Part shown: in pieces, positions 25,732-25,849 of the stretch
Layout: the number at the start of each line of letters is the position of its first letter
Position numbering within the stretch: position 1 is the stretch's first letter
Source: Candidatus Dojkabacteria bacterium
GTDB lineage: Bacteria > Patescibacteriota > Dojkabacteria > GCA-002793355
Assembly: GCA_015489555.1 (NCBI GenBank)
Contig: WFZN01000028.1
Span: 1-25,849, forward strand
Length of the DNA stretch: 25,849 nucleotides
Direction: 5' to 3'
Translations under genes and position numbers: made by a program
Notes under the pieces: generated by a model
The model's database searches: none
What the model was told of the DNA's origin: nothing
Seen by the model: the letters and a program-made list of their open reading frames with translations, nothing else

Positions 25732-25805
25732 TGCGCCCGGGAGGACTCGAACCCCCAACCTGCTGGTCCGAAGCCAGCCGCTCTATCCAGTTGAGCTACG
25801 GGCGC
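25732..25805 (-). tRNA. tRNA-Arg(UCG); CCA not encoded
   Basis: Reverse complement reads GCGCCCG TA GCTC AACTGGATA GAGC G GCTGG CTTCGGA CCAGC AGGTT GGGGG TTCGAGT CCTCC CGGGCGC A. Confidence 0.97.
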
Positions 25806-25815
25806 TACTATTTGT

Positions 25816-25824
25816 ATTTTAGCA
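25816..25824 (-). promoter_or_regulatory. Extended -10 promoter of tRNA-Arg
   Basis: Minus-strand TG-c-TAAAAT, 10 nt before the mature tRNA 5' G. Confidence 0.6.
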
Positions 25825-25849
25825 GACTAGGGGAGTAGTTTGGTTAAAT

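Noticed and set aside
25696-25758. N-terminal extension of the CapA ORF in the ORF track
   Set aside because: It begins inside tRNA-Arg; TACAAT-N6-ATG at 25695 is a better start.
1-25849. Genetic code 25 (TGA = Gly), as in Gracilibacteria/Absconditabacteria
   Set aside because: Conserved genes are full length under code 11, and TGA terminates pilO, thiI and nrnA at sensible ends.
1-25849. CRISPR array, transposase, integrase, prophage or defence genes
   Set aside because: I saw no regularly spaced direct repeats and no ORF with such motifs; intergenic space is minimal.
1-25849. Thermophilic lifestyle suggested by K/E/V/I/Y-rich proteins and GC-rich tRNA stems
   Set aside because: This is an impression only; the composition index (e.g. 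IVYWREL) was not computed, and AT bias can mimic part of it.

Overview
A gene-dense, AT-rich bacterial chromosome segment of core housekeeping genes, read with genetic code 11 (TGA is used as a stop). Several features point to a Patescibacteria/CPR organism, probably Microgenomates/WWE3-like; this is an inference from the short archaeal-type AspRS, tRNA-Arg(UCG), HhH-less UvrC, pilNO, fragmented operons and very divergent RNA polymerase. Gene order: mraY (5'-truncated), pyk, orphan, Pro/Thr-rich membrane protein (-), degenerate PEP-synthase-like protein, Zn-ribbon protein (-), rpoD, tRNA-His, pilN, pilO, small membrane protein, def (-), aspS, DsbA-like, rpoB, rpoC, rpsL, rpsG, rplY, thiI, membrane hypothetical, DHH/NrnA, uvrC, CapA-like (-), tRNA-Arg(UCG) (-). 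I found no transposase, integrase, CRISPR array or defence island. The most notable signals are: (1) -10 boxes 5-8 nt before ATG at many transcription-unit starts, suggesting leaderless mRNAs and changing several ORF-track starts; (2) two related GC-rich GTAG-footed inverted-repeat elements; (3) a 23-bp overlapping bidirectional promoter shared by rpoD and a Zn-ribbon gene; (4) substitutions at normally invariant residues in RpoB, RpoC, MraY, the PpsA-like protein, Pyk and S12. All alignments were done by eye from remembered consensus motifs; no database search was run.
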